DNA of 64,000 bases, from contig NC_059432.1 of assembly GCF_021028975.2 (NCBI RefSeq), forward strand, positions 72,416,001-72,480,000. The letters are read 5' to 3'. Shown here piece after piece: positions 52,560-64,000 of this stretch. The first letter of the stretch is position 1. The number at the start of each line of letters is the position of its first letter. The notes beneath the pieces were generated by a model. That model was not told the origin of the DNA and searched no databases. It was given only the letters and a program-made list of their open reading frames with translations. A program made the translations under genes and the position numbers. This DNA comes from Sphaerodactylus townsendi (lineage: Eukaryota).

Positions 52560-53300
52560 CACAGCAAACTAATCTGAAAGCGGAGACAGTCAGAGCATCT
52601 TTCCACCACGAGAAGCGGCTCTAAACAAGACCTCCAGGCGTCTCCCTCGCTGCACCAGGTTAACCAGATGGAAGCACCTTCCCGGCGTAGCAACTGTCCG
52701 GTGTAGCAACTGTCACTTCCCACAAAGAGATTCGACCTTACCTCATACACGCGCCGCCTTTTCCGCGCACGTCTAAGGCCCCCGTTTGGGACTGTTCAAC
52801 GCATGCCTGCTTGGAAAGACCTTGCCGGTAAGTGAGAGATTTTCTATAGCAACCCCCATCTGATTTTAATAAGATGTCAAACAAGGTAAATAACAGACGA
52901 TATTTAAAATCTTCGTAAGATCTTTTTATATCTTGTGGGCATTTGTGTAGTGGGATTACTGAGGGGCCTGACAGGGCGACGGCGCAGAACAGTTGCTATG
53001 GTGATGAGTCCAAGGAGGCAGAGGCAGTTTCCGGCGTAGACGTTTGTGAGGAAGATGCAGGTCTTGTTATCTCAGGTTAGTTAGTGTGTGTCTCTTATTT
53101 GTTGTAGCGTCTACTGTACGAGCGAACACAGTCAAATTACTAGGCCGGAGCTGTGACTTTGGCCTCTTCTACACCCCCCTCCTGCCCCGTTTCGGAGCGC
53201 AAATCCAAGATATAGGTAAACAAGGGAGTGCATAGTCTAAAACTCTTACGCTCTTTAGATAGAGCGAGCAACCTGATCGGCTCACCCCGCTTCAGAAATA
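52560..53300. promoter_or_regulatory. CpG-enriched bidirectional promoter PIGX/CEP19 with candidate non-coding first exons
   Basis: Local CpG enrichment between divergent genes; minus-strand donors at 52737-52741 (GAG|GTAAG) and 52558-52562; plus-strand donors at 52828 (GTAAGT) and 53076 (GTTAGT). Confidence 0.75.
52992..53005 (+). promoter_or_regulatory. RFX X-box (GTTGCTATGGTGAT) upstream of ciliary gene CEP19
   Basis: Close match to X-box consensus GTTGCCATGGCAAC; further TAGCAAC half-sites near 52687, 52704 and 52847. Confidence 0.7.
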
Positions 53301-53519
53301 AACTTCACTAAAGCGGAGAAATCTCTGGAATAAACTACTGCGTGAAAATGAGTTCTGTAGATGATACGGTAGGGGCTTTGTTCGTAGTTAAGTGTTGGGT
53401 TTGCAACCTCCAGGTGGTGACTGGAGATCTCCTGGCATTACATCTCACCTGGAGGAAATGGTCACTTTGCAAAGTGGACTCTATGGCATTATATCCCATT
53501 GACATGTCTCCTGTCCCCA

Positions 53520-53672
53520 AACTACCTCGGAGTGTGGTGGAGTCTCCTTCTTTGGAGGTTTTTAAAGAGAGGCTGGATGGCAATCTGACAGGAGTGCTTT
53601 GATTGTGTGTTTCTGCATTGCAGGGGGTTGGACTTGATGATCCTTGAGGTCTCTTCCAACTCTATGATTCTA
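53520..53672 (+). mobile_element. CR1 3' end
   Basis: LPRSVVESPSLEVFKERLD then ttccaactctatgattcta tail. Confidence 0.85.
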
Positions 53673-53889
53673 GCATTTAAGCATGCCTTATTGTGATTAA
53701 GGTGGCATTTAAAAATTATTGGGTTTTGGAGCCTTTTTAAATTATGCTTTTTACATAAATCATTAGGTATTTTTTGATCCTTTTAATTTTTGCCCTATTT
53801 TTCCTCTTTTCAACAAATGTATTTCAGATGACTACATGAGCATGCATGTGAGTGATATTTTTTGGATTAAATCTATAGCAGGCGCTGGG

Positions 53890-54019
53890 ATGTCTTTCAT
53901 TGCAAAGAAGTGTGGCATTCAGTTGCAGCCTCCATCTATTATTTTAATCTATGAAGACCAGCTCAAGAATAATATACGGAAGCGCATCATGCCTGTTCGG
54001 AATTTCTCCAAATACTCAG
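53890..54019 (+). CDS. CEP19: CEP19 first coding exon (exon starts 53828)
   Basis: [23 protein letters not shown]...[14 protein letters not shown]; tttcag acceptor, CAG|GTATGG donor; 130 nt. Confidence 0.96.
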
Positions 54020-54399
54020 GTATGGCATATTTATTCTGCTAGTTTGTAATTGGTCCCTTTCCAAAATGGGTATCTGTAATCATTTTTGCTACAGCAGTTT
54101 GCCTAGGTGATCAAATATGTAGAAATTAGACTGGACATTTAAAAGAAGAGAAAAAGAATTCTTTAAGCATAGGCAGTTTACAAACATTATATTTACTGAT
54201 ACTACACTTTACATTTATTTAATATTTACCATATATTATGACAGACAGCGCCTGTACTGATTTGTATGTTTGGAAAAAATGTTTCTTCACCCATTCAGTT
54301 CCCATTTTGAATGTTTTTCTGAGAAAAAGATAAGGACTAAAACATACAGAGAAGTGGGTCAATCTGGAAGCATTCTTGCCTTCATTGTGATCATATATA

Positions 54400-54688
54400 T
54401 TCCTTTCTAAGGTTCAGTTCTATCTGTCATAGTTTTGCAAGATTGCAGAAGAAGTTGTTCAGTAATGGTGCTAGTTGGCTGTTCCCCAGTGATGACACCA
54501 AGAAACTGCTTCCAAAACTTCTCAGAGTAGCACTTTTTAAAATTGCCTTTTTATTACTAAAGTGATCAGAGCACAGACAAGTGAATAAAAGTTCAATTGA
54601 TGCAAGATTTTTAAAACGGTAAACAGCATTGGCTAGGCTAGAGGCAAGCAAAATTAACAACTGAACGTGTTTCACTATTATGCATTTC
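54400..54688 (+). repeat. Direct duplicate (copy A, CEP19 intron) of 56091-56376
   Basis: Colinear alignment by eye over ~290 bp with scattered substitutions and small indels. Confidence 0.92.
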
Positions 54689-55524
54689 CTCTTTATTTGT
54701 TGTCAATTGTACAGCTATTCAAACTTGCTGCAGTTATGCCTTTCCAGTATTGTGCTGTTCAGCTGTATAATTGTTTAGTTAATGTTAAGTGGAGGAGAGA
54801 GAAAGGATGTAAGCCACTTTGGGTTGTTATTGGACAGAAAAAGGGGGTATAAATGAAATAAATATATAAATAAGAATTTGATATTTTCTGAATAGGGAGG
54901 GGGAGGAAGAGGCTATAAAGATAGAAGGAAGAGTTTCAAATCTAGAAAGGAAATAGGCAGGGGACAATTAGGAACTACGATATTATTTGAGACGTGCAGG
55001 TACAAAGAGAAACTATAGATCTGAATTTCATGAGAAAGGAGACAGATTTCAGGAGAAAAGGAAAACATGCTGCATGATGCCAGCTCCCACACACAATGTA
55101 CAGTAGACAAAGCAGTGGCGAAGCTGCAATGGGGCCAAGGGGACAGTGTGCTCCAGGCATGCACAATTAGTGTCACATGGGGGTGAAAAATTGCCCTCAC
55201 AACCTCCCTCCCAGGATTGGGGCGAGGGTGCACTGGCAGGTCGTGCTCTGGGCACAGTTTCCTCTCCCTCTGTCCCTGAGACAAAGTATAATATAACCTT
55301 CAGCACATAAAATTTCATGTCCCACTGACTTTCAGTAGCAAATACATTTTGAAAACTGAAATCTTTTCTAGTGGTTGTGTGTCCCATCCGCAACAGAAGT
55401 GCTTCCTAGTATTCTGCCAGATCCACATCAGATTCATGTCCAATCAATTTGCAAATGACAGACGTGTCTGCAACCAAAGCTTCTGCGAGGTTTTGTTACT
55501 TGCTTTGCTTTTCCTTTGGTGCAG

Positions 55525-55886
55525 ATTGCAGCCGGGCAGCCGAACAGCTGAAAAATAACCCTCGACACAAGACTTATTTGGAAGGGATTTCAATGGAACA
55601 GTTACAAAAGTTACATAGTTTGCTCAAGGGCCATTTGGGAGGTCAAAGTTTGACTGAGAGCCTAAAGCAGCTAGAGCTGGAAGAAACAATTGACCCTGAG
55701 GAGAACCTGAACAAGCTTGATGACAAGGAGCTTGCGAAAAGGAAAAAAATAATGGATGAACTGTTTGAAAAGAACAGAAAAAAGAAGGACGATCCTGATT
55801 TTGTTTACAATGTAGAAGTGGATTTCCCACAAGATAAGGAGCTTGACTCCTGTAGCTGGGATGCAGAGTCAGATGATGAATTTTGA
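55525..55886 (+). CDS. CEP19: CEP19 last coding exon
   Basis: (D)[15 protein letters not shown]...[19 protein letters not shown]...[13 protein letters not shown]...[12 protein letters not shown]; total 163 aa. Confidence 0.97.
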
Positions 55887-56090
55887 ACTATAACCAGGTC
55901 CTTTGGATTCATGGAGTCTGCTGTCTCCAGACTGTCTACATATACTATAACAACAGAACTTGTCTAATATTACCATTCAGTTGCACAATTAACATAGATC
56001 AAAGTGTATGTCTTTCTGTTCACATCACAAGGTGAGACGAACTCTTCTGAGATTATCTGTGAAAAAGATATGACCAGACTCAAATAGCTG

Positions 56091-56376
56091 TTCCTTTCTA
56101 AGGTTCAGTTCTAGCTGTCATAATTTTGCAAGATTGCAGAAGAAGTTGTTCGGTAATGGTACTAGTTGCCTGGTCCCCAGTGATGACACCAAGAAACTGC
56201 TTCCAGAACTTCTCAGAGCAGTTGAGCACATTTTCAGATTGGCTTTTTATCACTAAAGTGATCAGAGCACAAAGTGAATAAAAGTTCATTTGATGCAAGA
56301 TTTTTAAAAAGGTAAACAGCATTGGCTAGAGGCAAGCAAAATGAACAGCTGAGTGTGTTTCACTATTATGCATTTC
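56091..56376 (+). repeat. Direct duplicate (copy B, CEP19 3'UTR) of 54400-54688
   Basis: See copy A. Confidence 0.92.
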
Positions 56377-57378
56377 AGTTGAAAATAATGCATCTTCCTT
56401 AATAAAACTTCTTTGTGAAGTTTTAACTTTTTAAAAACATGGAACAGTGGAAATAATGTTTAGTTTTATTTATTGTTTCACATGTTCCTTTTACTTTGCA
56501 AGGAAATTATATATTTTTTCAGTTGAACAAACACATCAGCTCCAAAATATTACACTTCTATTGTTCCCAACAAAATCATCCACCCTTTGCTGTATGGAAA
56601 ACCACCAGCATGGTCATGAGAAGGTTAGTGTTTAAATATATTGTGCTGAGTTGAAAATAATTACTTCCGGTGCATAGGATTTTTTGTTCCTGAGAAGTAA
56701 CTATTAAGAAGTCAAATTATTCTTGAATGTGCTTCTGACTTGAACATTTTATTTTTATGATTGCTAATATATTTTACAATGTTTAACAGATTTCCATTTA
56801 AGAATGTCAGGTACAGCAAGATGTGGTGACTGGTTGATGTTATTAAAGTGATTCCAGTTCCTTGAACATAAATACATTTAGTTTAAAGAACTTCACTGGA
56901 ACATATCTTCCAGAAAAATTATTTAAGATAGCACCACTGAACGGTACTATTTTTAGAAAGAATATTTCATAGGTTTGGAGCAAACTATGATATTCATCTG
57001 TATTGACTGCCTATTCATTTCCAGTCCCAAATAAAAGTACCAGTATTGATCACTGAGGCCCTAACAGTGTTTTCATTTGAGGCAATATGCATGTGCAAGG
57101 TTCTTGCCAGGAAAATTCATCCAATAGTGGTTAATCAAGCTAAGCCATGTAGGAGGGGCTGTGGCTTAGTAGTACATCTACTTGGCACGAAGAAAGTCCC
57201 AAATTAATTCCTTGCCATCTCCAATTAAAAGGATAAGTTTGTAGGTGATATGAAAGACATCTGCCTGAAACCCAGACAGCGGATTGCAACTGCTGGTCAG
57301 GAAAACAATATTTGACTTTTACGGACAAATGGTTTGATTCACTATAAGACCACCATAATAGTCTGATTCACTATAAGG

Positions 57379-57563
57379 CAGTGGTTCTCAACCTTCCTAA
57401 TGTCGCAACCCTTTAATACAGTTCCTCATGTTTGGTGACCCCCAACCCCAACATTTATCCATCTTACAGATAGGGAACACTGATGCAGAGAGTCTTAGGC
57501 GACCCCTGTGAAAGGGTCATTCGACCCCCAAAGGGGTCGCGAACCACAGGTTGCGAACCACTG
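57379..57563 (+). mobile_element. SPIN/URR1-type hAT MITE
   Basis: TIRs CAGTGGTTCTCAACCT; 8-bp TSD CTATAAGG (57371-57378, 57564-57571); both ends match the URR1/SPIN non-autonomous consensus as I recall it. Confidence 0.85.
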
Positions 57564-59489
57564 CTATAAGGTGTGTTAATTGTGGCTGCCATCTTCACCA
57601 CCAGGGGGCTTTTTCAGGCTCCCCAAAATTTTACATCAAACCAATTTGGGAAGTTAGCAGCAAAGCAGGAGAAAACCTGAAAAGGGGAATATTTAGAAAA
57701 CCTTGTCATGTGGATTCTAACCCCCCCGCCCCAAAAAAACCCCTCCACATTGTGTACCAAATTGGTACAAAACTCCAGTGCCATAGCAACTTGAAAGAAG
57801 CATTTGCAGTTGCTAAAAGAGGAAGCTTTTAAGTGATTGTGAAATCCTCACCACTGGAAGGGTTCTTAGAAATATAGCCTTAACAAAAGCTCTTAGAATT
57901 ATTTTAGGATAAATTAACCCTGTCCTTCTGCAGGGAATGGGAAGTGTGGTATACTTATCTATTTTTCATCATTTTGTTCCTGTGTTTTAAATGCTTGGGT
58001 TTTTGTTTAAAATACAAAAAGTCCATTTGGGGCAGTCAGATCAAGTCTTTGCCATGCCCGTTCCCCTTTGACAGCAGTCACTCTAGTATTCTAGAAATGT
58101 ACCACATAAAACAGTCAAAACTCTGAGATGGAGAAAGCACTAGAAGCAGGAGGAAAAAGCCACTGAGAAAGTGTGCAAAGAACCTTTGAGGTAAACACCA
58201 TTGGAGACAGCTCTCTGAGGTTAGCCATATATAAAGGTTTAAATTTATCTAAGTGAAAAGCATGTCTGTGCGAAGTAGAACTGTGCCTGAAACACAGGCC
58301 ACTGAAGGATGGCCTCAAGCTACCAGCATACTTGACATGCTGGTAAGTTTCCATTTTCATTTCCACTGCAAACTGCGGCTGGACAGAAAGTGTGTATGCA
58401 CACATACTCCATTAAATCAGAACAATGCTGGTTTTGGATGCATTGTCGTCTTTCCAAGTTGGCTTGTGAGCCCAAAAACCTTATATGTTGCTTCAAAAAG
58501 GTATCTCTGTGTCAGTGGTGATAAAGCAGACAGTTCCTGCCAGTGTTTGCATTTCAGTATGACTTGTTTCAGTTTTCTGCAGTCACAGTGGGGGGCTGTT
58601 CCACAGAACTACCTATGCTAGCGGTGTCCCTCTAAAAGGCAAGTATCTTTTGACCTGGACTTCCCACCCTCCCACTCACCAGTAGCTGTTAGTTAGGCAG
58701 TCTGTACAGCCCACACTATAGCCACATGGAAGTACCTTCCCATATACTGCCACTTGATGCCACACTCCTCAAGCGCACATGATAGCTCATAAAAACCAAG
58801 GCACCCAAAGGACATCTGGTCAATATCTGTGCCAAAGCCTGTCCCCACTAATCCCTCTGACAGAAATCTTCTGTTCAGACCACAATGAGCCATAACTGGA
58901 GAACATGTGCACCTCAGAAGGCATTTGGTTTCAAATGGTTTATGCGGCTGCTTTCTCAAGGCTTCTTTCACAGTTTGCACTGTGACTCATGTGGTTCTCT
59001 CGATTAGTGTACTCTCATCAGATAAAATGCAAAGTTCATTATTATTTCTCCTCAAACCCCTACTGGTTTTTCTGCTGGTAGCACCAGATGCCCATTCTCA
59101 TAACCACATCCTGAACAGAAGCTGCTTTTCCCCGAATAAAAGGAGAACCAGTTATCTTAGTAGCTCCTACATAGGGTAGAGGAAGCTAGCATGTCTGCCT
59201 AATAAGGGAGAAGAGGCACAGTCATTTCTGGCTTCTCAAGAACACTAGGTAGAACCGTGAAGCATATCTGAGAAATAGGGCAACTTGCACCCTCCCAACT
59301 AGTTTAGGGTCAGCAATAATCACAAAATTTGGAAGGAAAGATCTCAGCAGAGCCTGTTGAAGGACTTGAAGGACTGATTTAGTAGTGATTTACTAAGGCT
59401 ATACTTTTAAATAACCGAACAACAAAACTGCACTGTGCCCAGGCTGCTAAATGTAATGAACAATTTAATGTATGTGTATAGTGATTTAA

Positions 59490-59596
59490 ATTAGTGGATG
59501 AACAATCCAACACTTGGTGAATTCTGCTTCACAATGATAGGAAGAGCTGACATCTGACATCAAAAAGTAACATTGCCACGAATGCTTGGCCACCAA

Positions 59597-59630
<34 letters not shown>

Positions 59631-59710
59631 TTCCACCAAGGTGTCAGAAAAGTTACCATAGGGATAACTGGCTTGTGGCAGCCAAGTGTTCATAGCGATG
59701 TCATTTTTTT
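59490..59710. pseudogene. 28S rRNA pseudogene fragments in inverted (fold-back) arrangement
   Basis: 59490-59634 is the reverse complement and 59639-59710 the sense copy of the 28S segment GGTGTCAGAAAAGTTACCACAGGGATAACTGGCTTGTGGC...; differences mostly CpG transitions. Confidence 0.92.
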
Positions 59711-60818
59711 CATATACTATTCAGGTTATTGAAAAATCCATGGCATACAAAACAGCAGAGGAGTGTTAAGAGTTAAACAGAATAGAACAGAGCAGAACTG
59801 GGAAGAAGAACTCTGATTAGAAACTGATGATCAGGCTGTTCAAAGCATAGAATAGTGAAAGAGGTTTGGCATTAGTATCAATTTTAAAGCAGCTCTTCAT
59901 AACAATTTAGCACTCCTGGCTAAATCTAGATAAGTGAGTGATCACATGGTGGCAGCTCTCTCTTTGTGAAATTACTTTCCCAAGTAAGTACATCAGACTC
60001 ACTGCCTTATGATGTTGAAAACCCATGTTGATCTTCAAGATGTTGTGGGTATGGAGTAGTCTTAATTCTTTTCACATTTCTTTTGTTTTTACTGTTGTAT
60101 TTGTTTTACTGTTGCACATTTTAACTATTAGTACTGCATGTTTTAACTATTAGTACTCCAGGCTAGCCTGATTTCATCTGATCTTGGAAGCAGAATAGGG
60201 TCTGTCATGGATCTCTTTTACTTGTACTGCATCTTGGTTATTGCAGACTGGAGCTTGGGCTGGCCTGTCTTTCAAAGTTGAAATTACCTGCCCACATGCA
60301 TACTTCCGTAGAGTGTGTACGCATTTCAGAAAATGAGCTGAGGTTTCCTCAGAACGTGGTTTTCCTGCCTGTAAACCTCTACCACAGGGAGGCCTCAAGC
60401 ATTCAACAATAATCCACATATAGCAGGCTCACTGTTTGCAGGGTAATGTCAGCTTTCTATGACACAATCATAGCTCGGCTTCTGTAGCAGCTACCTTTAT
60501 GGAGAATTTACTACTGGCATGAAAGCGCTAAGCCCTAGGAAGAAAACTCTAATGTGTAACTATTAAGTACAAACTGGTCTTTTGGACTTTAACCTGTTTG
60601 CAAATTGCTAGATGTACCTCTGGCAAAATTGTATGACATGTTAACCCCACATAATTACTGGCATTTCTCGAAAGGAACCTTCCTATTTGATCTTATAAAA
60701 TGTATAGTTGCATTGGCCCCTCTTTATGATACAGCGTATGAGCTGAGGGATTTAAATTCTGTATAAGCTTATTTCTAATTATTTTCAGCCATCCAGTTGC
60801 TGCAGGAACTCAAACACA

Positions 60819-60959
60819 GGCCCCTTCCACACACGCAAAAGAATGTGTTTTCAAACCACTTTCACAACTGTTTGCAAGTGGATTTTGCTATTCCGCACAG
60901 CTTCAAAGAGCACTGAAAGCAGTTTGAAAGTGCATTATTCTGCATGTGCAGAATGAGCC
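60819..60959 (-). mobile_element. MITE (PIF/Harbinger-like), copy 2
   Basis: Reverse complement of 44642-44782 with few differences. Confidence 0.75.
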
Positions 60960-61529
60960 AAAGTGTATTCACAGATTTTCATTTTAAAACTCACATACTT
61001 TGAATAAGAAATTAAACTTGGACAACATATTGATAACCGTTGCCTATTGTTAGTAGGAAACAAACAGTTTATATACCAAAATTCCTTGTACTCTGAAGAC
61101 TTCAATTCCATATATGAGGAATAAATCTAATTAAACTGGCAGAAGCTGACTTTTGAATTTGGATAGAATCAGACAGCATAATTCATTCTCTGCTTAAAAT
61201 TCCAGAGTATTTTCTATCTACCAATTAAGCATGTCTAAAACCAATGTGGGGCTAGTTTTAGAATGCCTGTAAAGGGATTGTCTGCTGCTCTTTATTGTTA
61301 GGTTTGTAATGCTATAACAGTGAACTAAGCATTATTCTAAACAAGCCTTACCTAAAAGATCAAATCCTGATGACAGATGGACATAAAGATTCAGGCAAAC
61401 ATAGACAATACCAGTGGGTTAAAAAGACAGGATGTAATGGCACCAACTCATGGAGAAGAAACATGAATCTTTGCTGTAGTTGTGGATTTTCAATGAAACT
61501 CAACACAGTCTTATGGTATTTATGGTGGT

Positions 61530-61955
61530 TGAGATGTTTAGGTGGAATCTCGTTTCCTACACCTTGAACCCATTACTCCTGGTCCTGGTCTCTGGAGCAG
61601 CAGCAAACAAGCTTGCTCCCTCACCACCATGACATCCCTTCAAATATCTAAACATGGCTATCATGTCACCTCTTAACCTTTTCTTCACCAAATTAAAGAT
61701 ACCCAGCTCCCTCTCTCCTCATTTGACATGGATTCCACACCTTTTATCATTTTGGTTGCCCTCCTCTGGACCCGTTCCAGCTTGTCAATATCTTTCTTGA
61801 ATTGCGGTGCCCAGAATTGAACACAGTACTCTAGGTGAGGTCTGACCAATGTAGAATAGAGAAGTATAATTACATCCCTCTATCTAAACACTATACTCAA
61901 ATTGATACAGCCCAGAATCATATTGGCTTTCTTGGCCACCACATCACACTGCTGA
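61530..61955 (-). mobile_element. CR1 ORF2 fragment
   Basis: Similar to 39520-39760; gaattgaacacagtactc motif. Confidence 0.8.
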
Positions 61956-63647
61956 CGGCCAAGAAAGCCAGTGCAATTCTGGTCATAACCCTGGTATTCC
62001 TTGGATGCCTCCCATCCAAATATCCTGCTTAGCTTCTGAGATATGACAAAACAGGCTAGTCTGGGCCATCCAGGTCAGGCTATGGTATTCACTAACACCA
62101 AAAAAGTTTTAAAAAGTAACAGTGAAGATTAAAAATACCAAAACCAGCTTTTGTGTTCCTTATTAAAATCTCAAAGAAATCAAAGGAGAAGAATCTGTAT
62201 TCATCATGAAATACTCATATAGAGACAGCTCCTTCCACAGGAAGGTCCAAGACTGATTTTTTTAGTAAGACAAATATCTATATCTATATCTAAAGGATTG
62301 CACTTTAGTTCTTCCCATGAAAATCAGTGGGGTTTAACAGCACTTAACAGGGTTACCTACACATCATGCCCAGCAGCCCACCCCCCACATGATTAACTCT
62401 GTGCGCGCATGCCCACAGAGAGGGCTCTGAGTGCCACCTCTGGCACCTGTGCCATAGGTTCGCCACCACTGCTATAAGCTATTGAAGCAACTGCACACTA
62501 GTTTTATCTGACATAAAACTGTGTCATGCAATATCACACGCAGTCATCACGGGGATTTGCAGTCATACAACAGCTGCAAGGACTTGTGGGAACTAAATTT
62601 AGAGGCCCCATAAGGATCCAATTAGGATTGGAACTGTGGCATGGGGAGGGTTTCTGCCCTCCGCTCCCACACTATTTCCCCAGCCTGAAATGGGCCGAGG
62701 GAGTGTTATCTGTCCCATCAGAGATACTGCACATGCACTGGATGCTTCCATGTGCAGCCCCATGATGAAGCAAATAACACCTCCAGGGCCACTTCAGGTC
62801 ATGGAAATGGCAGCAAGCCCCTCCTTCCTCTGCACCGTAGTTCTGATCCAAATTGGGTCTCTACGACACTTATAAATTGAATTTGCATGGGAAACTCATT
62901 GTTTCCATCCTGCCACAATTTCCTGTAGAAATCAAGTAGTAGATGTAACATGTAGTTTTTGCCCTTGGGCTGTACTTTTTACATTTCACGGCCTTTTGAC
63001 CCCAGTGTTTACCATTTTTACATGTATCTGACAACTGAAGATATACTTCATCCACCTGATTACAGTTTATGCCATAATCAACGTGACCCATTGGAGAAAA
63101 CTGCCTGTGGTCATCAGTATAAGCAAACTTCTTTCCTCCTCCACAGTAAAGGAAAATGCATAAACCCAGGAATGTAAGAAGAAAAAACCCAGAAGCTCTA
63201 TAGTACATCCTCCAACATTAAGTCTCCTCCAAAGCCCTTCAGCTAATGTTTCAACAAGGCTACAAATGAAAACACTTTCTCATTTAGAATAAAAATATCT
63301 AAGAAGCAATATCTCCTTGGGAGCTGCATTTATTCATTCATACATTCTTCACCATAATTAATTCTCAGCATAAGGCTCCTACTCCTGTCTTTCTTATTTG
63401 TAAGGGCTTTCCTATTGTAAAATACTATACCATGTTCCCTTGTGCTGTATGTTCAGTGCACAAGACTGCTGGGATGTTGTACCATCTCTGCCAATAGTAA
63501 GAAATTATACTAGTAAGGCAGCTTCTTTCAAAACATCTCCACACACTGTGGTTAGAATCACATCAGTGGATAAGGGTCTGTAGCCTTCTGTGTCGGCTAT
63601 CCCCATTCCTGAGGCTCAGTGGCTTGCTTCTCTCCCCCACCCCCACA

Positions 63648-64000
63648 TTAATATGAGCTGGACGTTCTATACCTGTTCTTTACCATTCTCAGAATCCGTT
63701 GTCTGAAAGTCAAAAAAAAGATGCCAAAGGCAACCAGCAGAGCTAAGCAAGTGGGAAAAGCCAGAACTATGTAAAGCAACACTATATCTACTGTTAGCCA
63801 CATGCAACTCTGGAGGACTGATTCTGGTAGATTTGCTGCACTGATTAACATAGAGGAGGAGTTGCAAGTGACTTGACTCATATCTGCAATGTGTACAGTG
63901 TGGCATCTGCGAAGGCCATCCCACCACTCCAGACTGCAGCAGTCAAAGGGATTTTGGCTGAGGTAGATCACACGCAAACTCTTCCCAAGCTGATTTTGTG
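63648..64000 (-). CDS. NRROS: NRROS (LRRC33) 3' end of last coding exon, partial
   Basis: LRVIYLSQNPFDCC (LRRCT cap), VTC, TM LLYIVLAFPTCLALLVAFGIFFLTF, tail ending SSSY*; syntenic with CEP19-PIGX-PAK2. Confidence 0.93.
   Translation of the reverse strand, partial: QNQLGKSLRVIYLSQNPFDCCSLEWWDGLRRCHTVHIADMSQVTCNSSSMLISAANLPESVLQSCMWLTVDIVLLYIVLAFPTCLALLVAFGIFFLTFRQRILRMVKNRYRTSSSY

Noticed and set aside
59490-59710. Functional rRNA gene
   Set aside because: Only ~145 nt of 28S, inverted and mutated at CpGs; pseudogene fragment.

Overview
Vertebrate genomic DNA, almost certainly a squamate and probably a gecko (inferred from Squam3-type and Sauria SINEs, reptile CR1, Penelope and hAT repeats). 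It carries the conserved block syntenic with human 3q29: PAK2 (minus; non-coding exon 1 plus coding exons 2-7, continuing off the left edge), PIGX (minus; complete, 253 aa), CEP19 (plus; complete, 163 aa) and the 3' end of NRROS (minus). The main surprise is an extra two-exon gene between PAK2 and PIGX, head-to-head with PAK2 on the same CpG island. A short exon with a strong-Kozak ATG (32436-32490) splices in frame (phase-1 GT-AG intron) onto an intact IS630-Tc1-mariner transposase ORF (33362-34749), giving 480 aa. Its catalytic triad has DD82E spacing, the signature of the Sailor superfamily, which as I recall was described as absent from vertebrates. No TIRs are visible, so it looks like a horizontally acquired, possibly domesticated transposase gene. 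Secondary observations: Penelope-borne minimal hammerhead ribozymes, a fold-back 28S rRNA fragment, a ~290 bp direct duplication flanking the last CEP19 exon, a SPIN-type MITE, a decayed DIRS element, an altered PAK2 caspase/myristoylation site and an AUG-initiated PIGX. All coordinates were read by eye; repeat boundaries are approximate.
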